A DNA stretch of 64,000 nt, taken from positions 1-64,000 of the forward strand of contig UYFQ01000163.1 in NCBI GenBank assembly GCA_900617105.1, in the 5' to 3' direction. The notes beneath the pieces were generated by a model, which was given only the letters and a program-made list of their open reading frames with translations, searched no databases and had not been told where the DNA came from. Below, piece after piece: positions 1-12,200 of the stretch; positions within the stretch are counted from its first letter, which is position 1, and every line of letters begins with the position of its first letter. The DNA is from Hydrurus foetidus (lineage: Eukaryota). The position numbers were made by a program, and so were the translations under genes.

Positions 1-398
1 ACTAAATCATAAAGATTCCTCCTAAATTGGATCCTCAGGGATTTTAGGAGGTTTATTCAGTAAGGAACACTCAGTTCTCAGTCTGAAATAATTATTCAAT
101 AAGTTAGTTACTTACTCATAGTTAGTATTTTGATGATGAATTTTGTCATTTAGTACACCCCTTTAGAGAGAGAGGGGCACTGTGACCCGCACACCCGTAC
201 GGGCTGTACGGGTACAGGCGTACGTTCGGACCGGATCGAGGACGATCCGATCCATCCGATTCATTGCCATGATACCTGCTGTGTTTACCTGTAAGCTAAC
301 CACATTGTTTCCATAGCAATAGCTCTCCCAGCTTCCTTTCCCTTGCTCCCGCTCCCAGCCGTCCCGCTCCCAGTGCCCAGATCCTGGCAAGGCCACAA

Positions 399-712
399 TA
401 CAATATACAGTATACTATATAATCAGTTGATACTTTTGATTGATATTGTTACTTATATCCGAAACCAGTGTATTCGTATCTTTCCATATATGATTTCTTA
501 GTCCACAATAATAAAATATACAGTACACAATATATAGATTATACAGAGTATACAATATATAGAATATATTGTATACAGTATATATACAGAATACAGTATA
601 CAATATATTTATACAATATATAGAATATATTGTATACAGTATATATATTATACAGAATACAGTATATATATTATACAGTATACAGTATACAGTATATATA
701 CGGTATACAGAA
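399..712. repeat. AT-rich degenerate minisatellite (TATACAG / TATAGAA units)
   Basis: Repeated tatacagta, atatatag and tatacagaatac units. The ORFs called here are Y/I/T-rich repeat translations. Confidence 0.8.
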
Positions 713-895
713 AAATCATTTTTGAGTATATTTTATCCCCCACCTGGCACGTTGATACGCGCCCCCCCACAATTTATAGGTAGTTTTGAAACGGAGTTCT
801 CCCCTAGCTGTTTCTAGTTTTCGGTCTGTTTCTAGTTTTGGAACCCACTGGGGTCCAAACAAAGGGCACTCGACGGTATAGGAAAATGAAAATAA

Positions 896-1073
896 GGGTC
901 GTATTCCATCACAAAAAAAAAATACGAAAAATACGACGATATCCCGGAAACGAAATACGAAGCCCTTCGAATTTCGTCGAAACTCGTTTTGCAATTTTTT
1001 TGGGTGGTGAAAAAAGTCTCGTATCTCGAAATGTCGTATTTTTCGTATTTTTTTTTGTGATGGAATACGATCC
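896..1073. mobile_element. Tourist-like MITE (PIF/Harbinger non-autonomous), ~178 bp
   Basis: ~45-bp TIRs GGGTCGTATTCCATCACAAAAA... / ...TTTTTGTGATGGAATACGATCC. TAA duplicated at 893-895 and 1074-1076. Confidence 0.8.
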
Positions 1074-1079
1074 TAAAAC

Positions 1080-1285
1080 CAAGGGGGTATAAAGGAAGCT
1101 TGAAGCTTGAAGCTTGAAGTTTGAAGTTGGAAAGATGGTTATCTTCTCTGTGAAAAGAGCAGGTGAACGCTGATACTGCTATCACTTGCCTGTTGGGTAT
1201 TTGAAACTTGAGTGAGGAGGCGGTGAGAAAAAGCTGGGTGGGGGCGGGAGCTTGTAAGTGTCCCCTCTCCTTTTATACCCCCTTG
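1080..1285. mobile_element. P-like MITE, 206 bp
   Basis: Ends CAAGGGGGTATAAAGG / CCTTTTATACCCCCTTG. 7-bp flanks CTAAAAC (1073-1079) and CTAGAAC (1286-1292), one mismatch. Internal GAAGCTT tandem at ~1095-1130. Confidence 0.7.
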
Positions 1286-1332
1286 CTAGAACGAACCCTC
1301 AGAGGAAAACTTAGCAGTTCGCTTTCGCACGC

Positions 1333-3109
1333 CAAGGGAGTATTAAAGGAGAGGGGGCGCTTTAAGGCCTCTGGGTCCCATAAAATTTTCTCACACGCCT
1401 TCCACTTAAAATTTTGAAAAATAAAATACCCGAGATTCGTATTCAGCATCTAATCTTATAACCCTCTGTGCCAGCTGTGCCCCTCCCAATTATATGCTGG
1501 CATGCTGTACAGGCATAGATCAGCAGACGTAGTAGAATAACAACATGTGGTCGATGACTCTTACAGCGAATTATTAATCAAACGGCGCGACCTCCTCAGC
1601 AGCTATAGCCGCTATCCTCCGTCTTGGAAATTCCCTTCGCCAGAGAAATTTAAACTGCCGAAAAGGCGATAAATTGTGGCGCAGCATAATGGATACATCA
1701 GCCTTACGTCATTTCCAACGAACAAATTGTCAAATAGCACGCCCATCTCAGCAGCTATTGCCGCTTTACAATATCTTGGAAATTCTCCTTCTCATTTTAC
1801 TTGCCGAAGACTCGAAATATGCGTTGTTCAATCAACTCGAGGCCTTGCGGAACATCAACCACGGCACGCGAGACACTTTGAAGAGGTGATTCTCGCTCTG
1901 AATTGCAGCAAAATATAGCTGGCGAGAAAAGATTAGCAGATTTTGATTATCGGACATCAAAAGCTTCGACAGATTTGGCGGCACATTATGGGTAAAAAAA
2001 ATGAATCATTAAATCGCGATCCATTCGGTCGATTGCCGTAAGAGTTTGCGGATAGCTAGAAATAACTGTCATCAAGAAGATCTGTTGTTGCTGAGCTGTA
2101 TCTATGCGTGCATTTTTATCTGTGAGTGCTGTAAACGATAAATAAGTTGCAGCTATTCTCACCCACATTTTTACTATTTGCCAGCGAACTATAGACCGCC
2201 GCAATCAATAGCGACCGGTTTCAATGTTGCTGAAGTCCATGAGAAATGCCTGCGGAGTATCATCCTGCGGCCCGCAAATTAAGAGCCGAAATCATATTTT
2301 TATTTAGGTGCATTGCTACCGAAACCAACTCTAAACCATTTTCAGCTAGTCTCATCAAGGATTCAAACGCTGCTTTTGAGACAGGCGCTGGCTTAACTTG
2401 GATCTAAAACTGATTTGAGTTTTCGTCCAACGACGCCAGCCTGATTGCTGATCGACCGTCATTTCCTTCTCCTCCAGGGTACCAGTAAAGGAAGACTTGA
2501 ATTTTGATGTCGAATATTCTGATTAATTTAGAACAAGAGCATCTAAAAAAAGGCAATCTATCTAGTCGCGCTAACTTTATCTAATGAAGTGTCCAGCTGC
2601 GTGATCGGCGATCTCAGTGGGCCTGTGTTGAGAATTCAGCAAAAAGTTAGAAGATGACTATGGGATCGCAAAAAAAATGGCGCAATTATCGATGCACCGT
2701 GCACTAAGGCCGTCATTTGGCATTTTAAGGGAATTTAAGATCGATTAGAAGTGTTTAGTGCACGGCGAATTCACAGCGTACCGCCCATCTCGCGATACCA
2801 CATCGAAATCGATGAAGCAGGTGGCGAGTCAACTCTCATTTCGCTCAGATTTGTTTCCAAATTTACTTACATGAAACTCAGCTGTGAGGAAACGAGAATC
2901 CGAGGATACCTCTGCGGCCTGAGGATGACGATCATTGCGATCGACAGGCAGGATGCCATGCAGAGTATATTAACAAGATGTTGGTCATCACTTTCAATTA
3001 GATGCAATATAAGAATCTCGGGTATAAATGTTTTGAGTGAGAGACATCGGAGAAAATTTTATGGGACCCAGAGGCCTCAAAGCGCCCCCTCTCCTTTTAT
3101 ACCCCCTTG
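1333..3109. mobile_element. P-like non-autonomous DNA transposon, ~1.8 kb
   Basis: ~60-bp TIRs (CAAGGGAGTATTAAAGGAGAGGGGGCGC...CATAAAATTTTCTC and its reverse complement at ~3050-3109) plus a subterminal inverted match TACCCGAGATTC...GCATCTAAT. 7-bp TSD CGCACGC/CGCACGA once the Copia at 3114 is removed. No transposase ORF seen. Confidence 0.75.
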
Positions 3110-3329
3110 CGCATGTTGGAGTATCCGGAGAAAATACACTGCTGTAGTTGTATAGTATATGTGTGGATCCTGACGGTCAGCGGTGTGCATCTCGGGGATG
3201 TGGACTGTGGACCGTTGGTTGTGTGGGCTCATGGAGCCATCCATTCATCTATCTTCAACATGGATAGAACATGTGCAATTGCCTTGATATGTAAAGCTTC
3301 GTTGCCGACTTGATTGATGCCGGTGCACA

Positions 3330-3441
3330 AGTTTAATTATCAAGTAATTATACAACACAAGTCTATTTTACGAGCCTTGGGTCACCGGTAGCACGAGTCA
3401 CTAAGCATCCGGACTTAGAGAAAGCCCAACATAATTAAACT
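3330..3441 (+). promoter_or_regulatory. Putative self-priming pair, element 1: LTR motif AGTTTAATTAT (3330-3340) / PBS ATAATTAAACT (3431-3441)
   Basis: Exact 11-nt reverse complement including the LTR terminal A. No TGG/tRNA-type PBS follows the LTR. Confidence 0.75.
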
Positions 3442-3456
3442 AATCAGCGCATCGAG

Positions 3457-6400
3457 ATGCCGCCGTAGAAACAAGAAGAGCCAAAATCAGGTGCAGAGCA
3501 GTGCATGCTGAAATTTGGGCGTTACAACAACGTGGTGCAGTAAAGGGAAGATATGCAGAACGAGGCATGCGGCCTCTACGGGATGACGGGCACGTTCTTC
3601 ACCACCAACAAGAGTTACGTCCATCCGTATCCTCGCGAGGAGGACTACAATCCCACCTTTCTAACGGTGGAAATCGATACCCCGACAGCGGGTACCGAAA
3701 ACGAAGACGAGGAAGACGAGTCCGTAGACTTCGAAAATGTCATGATCGGGCCACAGCTTCCTCCAGAGCCCCCTGTCGTGTACTCCGAGGCACTTATCGA
3801 CAGGCTGAGAGCCAATGCGTTCGAGGGACGCCGCAAGGCAGTAGAGACTCAAAAAGTCGACGAGCAAAAGCTCTTCCCACTCATGTGGTCGAGAATGTCG
3901 ACGGGGTCCAAATCCAAGGTGCGCGAGGAACCAGGATTCGAAGCGGCCCGTCTCAGACTTGACAGTGTGAAACTGTGGGAGTACATTCGTAGGAGCCACT
4001 TAACTCACATCTACGGAGAAGATGATTCAATGAGAGCAATGAACGTTCACGAGCAAACGATTAGGTACAACTACCTCAGACAAGGTGAACGTGAAATAAT
4101 AGGCGATTTCAAGACACGCTTCGACAATCAGGTACTAGCCAACAGAGGTGTTGGCATGACTGAAGTAGAAGAACCGATTAGAGCAATCGACTTCCTCAGT
4201 AAGTTAGACCCGAAAAGGTATACCGGTATGTTGACACTGATGCGTAACAACGCTGTACAAAACCTGCCGAATAGTTTCCCTTCCACCTTAGCCGGAGCCT
4301 ACAGGGTCGCGTCATCCTGGACCAGCTCGGGCGGCGGAGTCCCCCTCAGAGCCGAGCAACATTCCGCATTCCTCACTGACTCTTTGATAGGCACAAAGGA
4401 AAAAGTCGTGGGAAAAGGATCGAAGGGGAAGACAGCGGGGACGAAGAAGAAAGTATCGTCAGTGATATGTTTCGTATGCGGAAAGACGGGTCATTTCGCC
4501 AGAGATTGTGAGCAACGCAAAGATGGAGAGCACGCTCTACTCACCAGCGTTGAAGAAGATATTGAGGAGGACGACGAGAGCATAGAAGCAGCCTTCGTCG
4601 CGACAGACGAAGTCGTCCTTTTCACTCGCAATCACGTGCTTCTAGACAACCAAGCTTCGGTCAACATCTTTTGCAACCCAAGCCTACTCACGGATATCAG
4701 GAAATCGCAACACGCGATCCTGCTCAATGGAGTACAGTCCGAAGCGCATGGAGTCAGAGTCGACCAAGAAGGAGACTTTGGCGAGATTGGACCTGTCTAC
4801 TTCAGTCGTGGGGTAACGGCCAACATACTGTCCTTCGCCGCGATGGCAGACAGTGGAGCAGACATCAGCTACGACCATGAGGCAGGATGCTTCATGCTAC
4901 GACCAGCAGGCAGCACGACCAAGTACAGCTTCAGCAGGCAAGACTTGCCAGGTTCGACAGGCAGATTCTATGTGTAGGACGCAAGCAGGATGGAAGGACA
5001 GACACATCGACCTGCAGAGCAGGCGATGGTGACGACAGTTCAAGACAATATGGCGAGGTTCACTAAACGAGAGATAGGATCAGCAGCAGCAGCCAGAGAG
5101 CTGTTAGCACGGATGGGTTACCCATCGGTCGAGATGGCAATCGCGATGATCAGGGGAGGCAACAACTTCAACGTCTCGGAAGCGGATTTCAGGAATGCCC
5201 ATTCCATCTGGGGTAAATGTCTCGCCAGCCTCAGAGGCAAGACTCATAAGAAGTCTTCACCTGTGGCAGACATCTCGCTGACACCTGCGCTAGCGCAGCA
5301 GCAACAAGTATTGAGTGTAGACATTATGTATCTGGAGACTACAGCGATACTTATCGCGGTTTCTACCCCTCTGGATATGACACTCGCTGTCAGCCTAATT
5401 CGACTTGATACCGAGAAGACCTCGCGAGCAGCAGAAGTTGTGAAGCCGGCCCTATGTGAGATGATATCCATACTAAAATCCAGGAACTTCTTGGTGCAAG
5501 TCGTCATGTCCGACGGGGAGGGTGCTATCGGCAAAATGAGGCTTGATCTGCTAGCACTAGGAATAGAGGTAGATGTCAGTGCAGCTGGCGGACATGTAGC
5601 CAGAATCGAACGGCGGATTCAGATGGTGAAGGAGCGAGCACGTGCTCACCTCTGCGGTAGGCTCCCATTTGCTCCAACTGAATTGTGTCTAAGCTATCTA
5701 GCACTCTACTGTGTCTCTCGCATCAACTGTCAGCAGTCAGGATCAAGGCCAGGGGGTCTTTCGCCAAGGGAATTATTCTCCGGACGGCGGGTTGACGGGA
5801 ACCTGGACTTCCGTGCCGCCTTTGGAGACTACGCTGTTTGTACCGTACCGAATACCAACAACACTATGCAATCACGAACTGAAGATTGCATTGTCATGCT
5901 GCCTACACACAGTAGGACCGGGTCGTTCAAGATGCTCTCACTGGCAACTGGCAAGATCATCACTCGCGACCAATTCAAGATACTGCCGATGCCGCAGTCG
6001 GTCATCGGGACACTGAATGCCATGGCAGTTAAAGAAGGGAAGAAAATCATTCAAACTCAATTGCATGTGTTTGATGAACTGCTATTCGCAAACAGTCTCG
6101 ACAAGTCTAAAATGCCACATTTCATTACCAACCCCCCCCCCCCCCACTCAGGATGCACTTGTCGATGCCGGATCGGTAGACCAACCCACTATCACTGATC
6201 TACAATCAGCCCACAGCATTTACGAGATTTCACGTTCCAATGTGGGGGGGGAGGTACCAGTCCCATTTGAAGCTACAGCATTATCGCCACCAGATGAAAT
6301 CGGAATTGAGGAACCCGATACAATCGGGGTGCAAGTTCGCGACGTCCTTAAACCACCACCCTCACCAGTACCATCACTCGAACCAGACGACAGTCCAGTC

Positions 6401-8275
6401 GACACAGCTGAACTTCACAGCGCGTCATTCCCACAGCAACCAGCACACACTGTGCAACGGACTGTGAGAGAGCAACGTAGAACACCCGCACCAACGGAAC
6501 GTATGGTGACACGGTCAGTCCGTACGAGCGAGGACGCGTTCGTGACGAACGTTGGGAGTATCACCCCTAGACCAGCAGGCACAGGACCTGGAACACACGA
6601 TGTAGAGGAAGTGATGAAGCGACATAGGGAGGAAATGAGCAAGAGCAGCACAGCCAACATCAGTGTCAAAGAGGTGTTTCGCACTAAAGGGGATGAGGCT
6701 AAGAAGGTCATCGTGTCAGAGCTAAAACAGATGATAGACAAGAGGGTATGGGTGCCGGTGATGGGAGGCAAGCTGTCTGCGATGCAGAGAGCAGCGACCA
6801 TCAGATCGTCCATGTTCCTGAAGCAGAAAAACAACCCAGACGGCAGCTTCCTCAAGCTCAAGGCTAGACTGGTCGCAGGGGGCGACCAACAAGACAAGAG
6901 CCTGTACGAGGACTTATCTTCCCCAACTGTGTCCACCAGTTCTGTATTCACACTACTAGCGATTGCAGCACATGAAAGGCGAAGAGTCGCAGTTGTTGAC
7001 ATCAGTGGGGCTTATCTTAATGCGGACATGTCATCGGGAGTGCCGGTGCATATGCGCCTCGATCGCACCATGACAGACATCATTATCAACATCGACCCAT
7101 CGTACGGTAAGTACACGGATGCAATAGGAGGAGTGACCGTGCATCTGAAGAAGGCGCTATACGGGTGTGTCGAGAGCGCCGGATTGTGGTATGAGAGTTT
7201 GCACGTCACGATGCGGGGACTGGGGTACATACAGAATATCAGCGATAAATGCGTATTCAACCGGACGGGCCCAGATGGGCATCAGTGTACTGCAGCAGTA
7301 CACGTCGATGATCTACTCATTACGAGTAAGAGCAAAGACAATATGCTCCACCTAGTCGATGGACTGCGAAAGAGGTACGGAGCAATCACTTTATCGCATG
7401 GTCCTGTCATAAATTATCTCGGTATGGCAATCGACATGCATATACTAGGACAGGCGATGATAACCACCACAGGATACTGTGACGAGATAGTCAAGGTATC
7501 AGGGGTGAAGGGTGCGGCACGGACACCAGCAACAGAAGGACTATTCGAGACAAGTGAGAGTGCCACAGGAGTGACAGAGCCAGTGCGAGTCTGGTTTCAC
7601 AAAGTGGTCGCAATGGTGCTCTACCTAGCCAAGCGTACCAAGCCGGAGTGCCTAGTGGCGGTGGCCTTCCTGGCGACACGTGTGAATAAGTGCACCTCAG
7701 ACGATGTTGACAAGTTACAGCGATTAGTGCGGTACGTACATGCGACGAGGGACAGCGGCGTAGTGCTGAGGCCGGGTGCAGGGGGGATCTCAGTGCGGCT
7801 ATTTGTGGACGCATCCTACGGTGTACACAGTGATGGGAGATCCCACACGGGCAGCTGCGTTGTGATTGGAGACATCGGGGCCGTTCACTGTCGATCTTCG
7901 AAGCAGACGATAGTCACCAAGTCGAGCACGGAGGCGGAGCTGGTGGGGCTGTCCGACTCAGCTAATCAAGGCATATTCATCCGTATTTTTCTCATTGCAC
8001 AGGGTTACAAAATGGAGCCGGTGACCATCTACCAGGACAACCAGTCATGCATGGCCCTGGTGGAGCGTGGCAGATCAGGGGCGGAGCGCACACGCCATAT
8101 CCAGATTCGTTACCTCTGGGTGAAAGAGCGGGTGGTGACCGGTGAGGTGCGTGTGGAGTACTTACGCAGCGAGGATATGTACGCGAACGTACTGACCAAG
8201 CCGCTTCAAGGTTGCCAGTTCCAAAGAGAGAGAGATGGGCTCACGGGGTGGTCCACGGTGGACGAGAAGAATTAA
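3457..8275 (+). pseudogene. Copia gag-pol polyprotein, disrupted (element 1)
   Basis: Zn knuckle CFVCGKTGHFARDC, PR LLDNQAS, IN VDIM...SDGE...ERRI, RT KARLVAGG...LKKALYG...HVDDLL, RH DASY...STEAE...QDN. In-frame stops at 3466, 3541 and 4975; frameshift at the poly-C run 6132-6145. Confidence 0.93.
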
Positions 8276-9221
8276 GGGTGCCGGCAACAAGGACAGCTCA
8301 CCGTCAAACGATAATTAGTTAGACATTACTGCTTGCAAATCCATTCACATTTATTTTATTGCTGACATGAAAATCCATTGCGTGCCTGGGTACTCAACTA
8401 CTACGTGACTGTTGGGTGTGTTGGAGTATCCGGAGAAAATACACTGCTGTAGTTGTATAGTATATGTGTGGATCCTGACGGTCAGCGGTGTGCATCTCGG
8501 GGATGTGGACTGTGGACCGTTGGTTGTGTGGGCTCATGGAGCCATCCATTCATCTATCTTCAACATGGATAGAACATGTGCAATTGCCTTGATATGTAAA
8601 GCTTCGTTGCCGACTTGATTGATGCCGGTGCACAAGTTTAATTATCAAGTAATTATACAGCACAAGTCTATTTTACGAGCCTTGGGTCACCGGTAGCACG
8701 AGTCACTAAGCATCCGGACTTAGAGAAAGCCCAACAGCGCACGACATACCAAACGGAATGTGAGCCCCTACCGTGTTGAGGATTATTCAATTCCGAGACA
8801 CCGACAACTTCCGCAAAGACTGCCAGTTCACCGATAATGCCCAAGAATCGTAGATATCGAAATATGCTAGAAACTAGATATTAAAACTTGTGCGCTATCA
8901 TTCCCATTGATAGACACGAAGCTACCTGAGTTGCAGTTACAGTACAAATCCTAATCTACGATCCATGACGTATGGATACCGTCATATCTTTCATGCATGA
9001 AATCAATCCGTTGGAGACACTACACATACGGATCCATCCGGTTACAATCCTACATCAAAGTTCCTGATCCCAGAAACTCCAACATACCCCTAGGACTGTA
9101 AATAGGTGGTACTTATGAAGCAAGGCAACCAACAGAATACAAAATGATTATCATAAAATTTACGGCGACTAGACTATATAAAAGCTTATGTCTCATCTCA
9201 AAGGGTGACATACCTTTCACT

Positions 9222-12200
9222 TCATTTGATTTCTGTCACGACAATGGAAGGCACTCCCCATCCTGTGAGACTTGCTTTCTCATAGACGAACTGAGAACCC
9301 TGGAGGGGTTTTGTCAGTACATTCGCATACATCTCCTTTGTGCCTTTATGCATTATTCTCATTTCACCCATGTCGACTCGTTCCTTGGTCCAGAAATACC
9401 GGATAGCGACATGTCTAGTTCGTTCTGCACCTGAACGTCCTCGTGCCAGTAAGGCCATGCATGATAAGTTGTCTTGGTACACTATCAAAGGAACCATCCG
9501 ATATCCTTGCATGGAGGAAATTCCTAATGTATAGGCCTTGGTTAGCTGAATCCGATAGTCCTACAAGCTCTGCCTCAGTGCTGCTTTTCGCTACTATCTG
9601 CTGCTTCATGGAGCGACAGTGCACCGCTCCTATGTCTCCGATAACGACGCATGACCCAGTATGAGATTTCCCGTCCCTATGAACTCCGTATGACGCGTCC
9701 ACATACAGCCTCACAACTATACCTAATACCCCCGGTCTAAGCACCACGCCATGGTCTGAGGTCCACCTGATGTACCGCACCATTCTGTGCAACTTCTCTA
9801 CATCACGTACAGTGCATCTTGTGACTCTGGTTGCCAGGTAAGCTACTCCAGTCAGGCACTCTGGTCTTGTGCGTTTGGCGAGATAGAGGAGCTGCGCAAC
9901 TACTCGATGGAACCAAACTCGCAAATTTTCGCTCACATAGTCTGACTCGTCATCGTCGAACAGGGTGTCCGACGCTGGAGTTCGAGCTGTCCCGGTCACC
10001 CCTGATGTCAATAGAATCTCATTGACAAACCCGCACATAGTAAGTCTGGCTTCACCTGAGTGAGTCAAGTCAATGGACATACCGAGGTAGTTGATCATAT
10101 CATCGTACTTGAGAGAAATGTCTCCGTATATTCTCTTCAGACCATCGGTCAGTTCGTGTATCATGTCTGTGCTCATACTTGTAATTAGCAAGTCATCAAC
10201 ATGAACACAGAGTGTGCACTGCACCCCGTCTTTGCTCGCTTTGTTGTACACACAGATGTCTGTTTCGTTTCTGACGTACCCCAATCCCTTTAGGGATAAT
10301 CTGAGATTCTCGTACCAGAGTGATGCACTCTCTACACACCCATATAGTGTCTTTTTTAATAGCAATATTATGGACCCGTTCCTCTGACGATACCCAGAAT
10401 ACATTGGGTTGATCTTCACCATGTACTCGCTCATCGTGTTATCTAATCGCATATGCACCTGGATACTCTTCGGCATCACCGCATTTAGAAATGCACTTCC
10501 TATGTCCACTACTGCCACGTGCCTCTTCTCATGTGCAGCTATCGCAATAATGGTAAACACTGCACTGGTGGATACGGTGGGTGAGGATAGGTCCTCGTAC
10601 AGGTCCTTGTTCTGCATGTCTCCTCCTGCCACCAGCCTCGCCTTGTATTTATCGAAGGATCCATCAGGATGTATCTTTCTCTTGAGGAACATCGAAGATC
10701 TGATCACTGATGCTCTCTGTGATGCGTCTAGATCTTCAGCGTGCATGGGTTTCCATACCTTCAGCGTATCCATCTGTGTCAGCTCCTTGACAATCACCCT
10801 CTCTGCATCCTCTCCCCTGGTTCTTGACATTCACATTAGAACTTGGGTCTAGTATCCCTTCCCTATTTCGCTTCTCGAGAAATGCAGTGATGGACTCGAC
10901 TGCTGAGCTCGATAGTTTGACCTTTATCGGTGTCACCCCTGATGTGACCAGGGCCGCACCCTCGATGTTGCGGTTGTTCTGCTGCCATCTTGTACGGTAC
11001 CGATGTGGAAGTGGAACTGGTAAGCTGGATGGGTGTGGTGGTGGACGTGATTGGCTAACGGGCGACTCCTCCTGTGACACTGATGTGTCCGCATGGCCAG
11101 TGTCTGTTTCCACTATGTGGTCCTCAGTGACGTGTCGGTCTTCATTGTTGCGTGTATCCTCGTGCACTGGTGTGCCCTCCAGTTGAATTTGATCTGGGGG
11201 ATCTAGTGTGAACTCATTGTCGGGAAGCTCAGGTGACACTGCTTTGACAACTCTGACTCCTCCCTCGACATGCTGCACGTCATCGTCTGTTAGTGCAGGT
11301 ACTGGATCGAGTGTGTCAGCAAGCACCAGTGGCTCAGCATGAGTAGGATTGTCGGTTATAAGAGCTAGTGCACCCATATCCTTGATGGCGGGTTGAAGAG
11401 GAAGAAATGTTGGCATATTATGCTTGCTGACACTTTGATTATATATCAGGTCATACACAGCAGCAGGTAATTTCGACATGTAACGCCCATCGAGTGCTGC
11501 AAGATCATTCATGACTTTGATGATGGCAGTAGTTGTAGGTACGATTCTGATGGTATCTCGTGTGACAATCGACCCGGTGCTGACATTCAGACATTTCACA
11601 CTTCCCGTTCTGTTGCCGGTTGGGAGGTATAGGATCCCCTGCCCGATCCGCGACTTCATATCACTGCTTGTGTATGGTTCTGTATACACAACTGAATCAC
11701 ATAAAGCCCCTCGAAAGTCTTTTCCCGCATCGACCCTCTGGCCTGTGAATGCTTCACGTGGCGTGAGCCCTCCAAGTCGCGTGCTTGAGTGTTGATAGTT
11801 CAGCCGAGAAATGCAGAATAGGATGAGGAAGGATAGGCCAACAATGTTGAGCGCGTACGGAAGTCTCCCACAAATATGTGCGCGAACCCTTTCTTTGATG
11901 ACTCTTATAAGTCGCTCGATACGAGCTACGTGGCCTCCTGCTCCGCTAACGTCAACCTCGATTCCCATGCTGTTGAGCTGAGGTGTAAGTTTCGCGATAG
12001 CACCCTCTCCATCGCTGTAGATCACCAGGGTGAGGAAATTCCTTGACTTCAATGTTGACCGTATGATGTCGAGGGCCTTCTTCACGGACTCTGCTGTTCT
12101 GCTTGCTTTCCCGGAGGTCGTCCTATCAAGTGTGACACCGAATGTCAGGTCAAGTGGATATGCCACTGCGACGAGAGTGCTGACTTGGTCTATGAACATG

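Larger units (their letters stand above)
3114..8736 (+). mobile_element. Ty1/Copia LTR retrotransposon, element 1
   Basis: 318-bp LTRs TG...CA at 3114-3431 and 8419-8736, one mismatch by eye. 5-bp TSD GCGCA (3109-3113, 8737-8741). Domain order gag-PR-IN-RT-RH. Confidence 0.97.

Noticed and set aside
399..817. ORFs 415-603 and 569-817, and a possible telomeric repeat
   Set aside because: They are translations of a degenerate TATACAG minisatellite, and no TTAGGG-type repeat is present.
160..880. GC-rich palindromic segments (CCCGTACGGG at ~194; TTTGGAACCC...GGGTCCAAA at ~837-860) as an ncRNA or Helitron end
   Set aside because: No tRNA, snRNA or snoRNA boxes, matching terminus or TSD could be established by eye.
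1460..2990. Transposase remnant inside the 1.8-kb P-like element
   Set aside because: Only short ORFs are present, without recognisable THAP or DDE motifs.
3457..4977. In-frame TAG/TAA codons in Copia 1 as evidence for a reassigned genetic code
   Set aside because: Host genes end normally at TAA (DCAF13, cbbX), TAG (kinase-like) and TGA (CABIN1-like) and have no internal stops. These are lesions.
6132..6145. Poly-C frameshift as a programmed recoding site
   Set aside because: It is a 14-C homopolymer in the IN-RT linker, most simply slippage or a sequencing error, and not at a gag/pol boundary.
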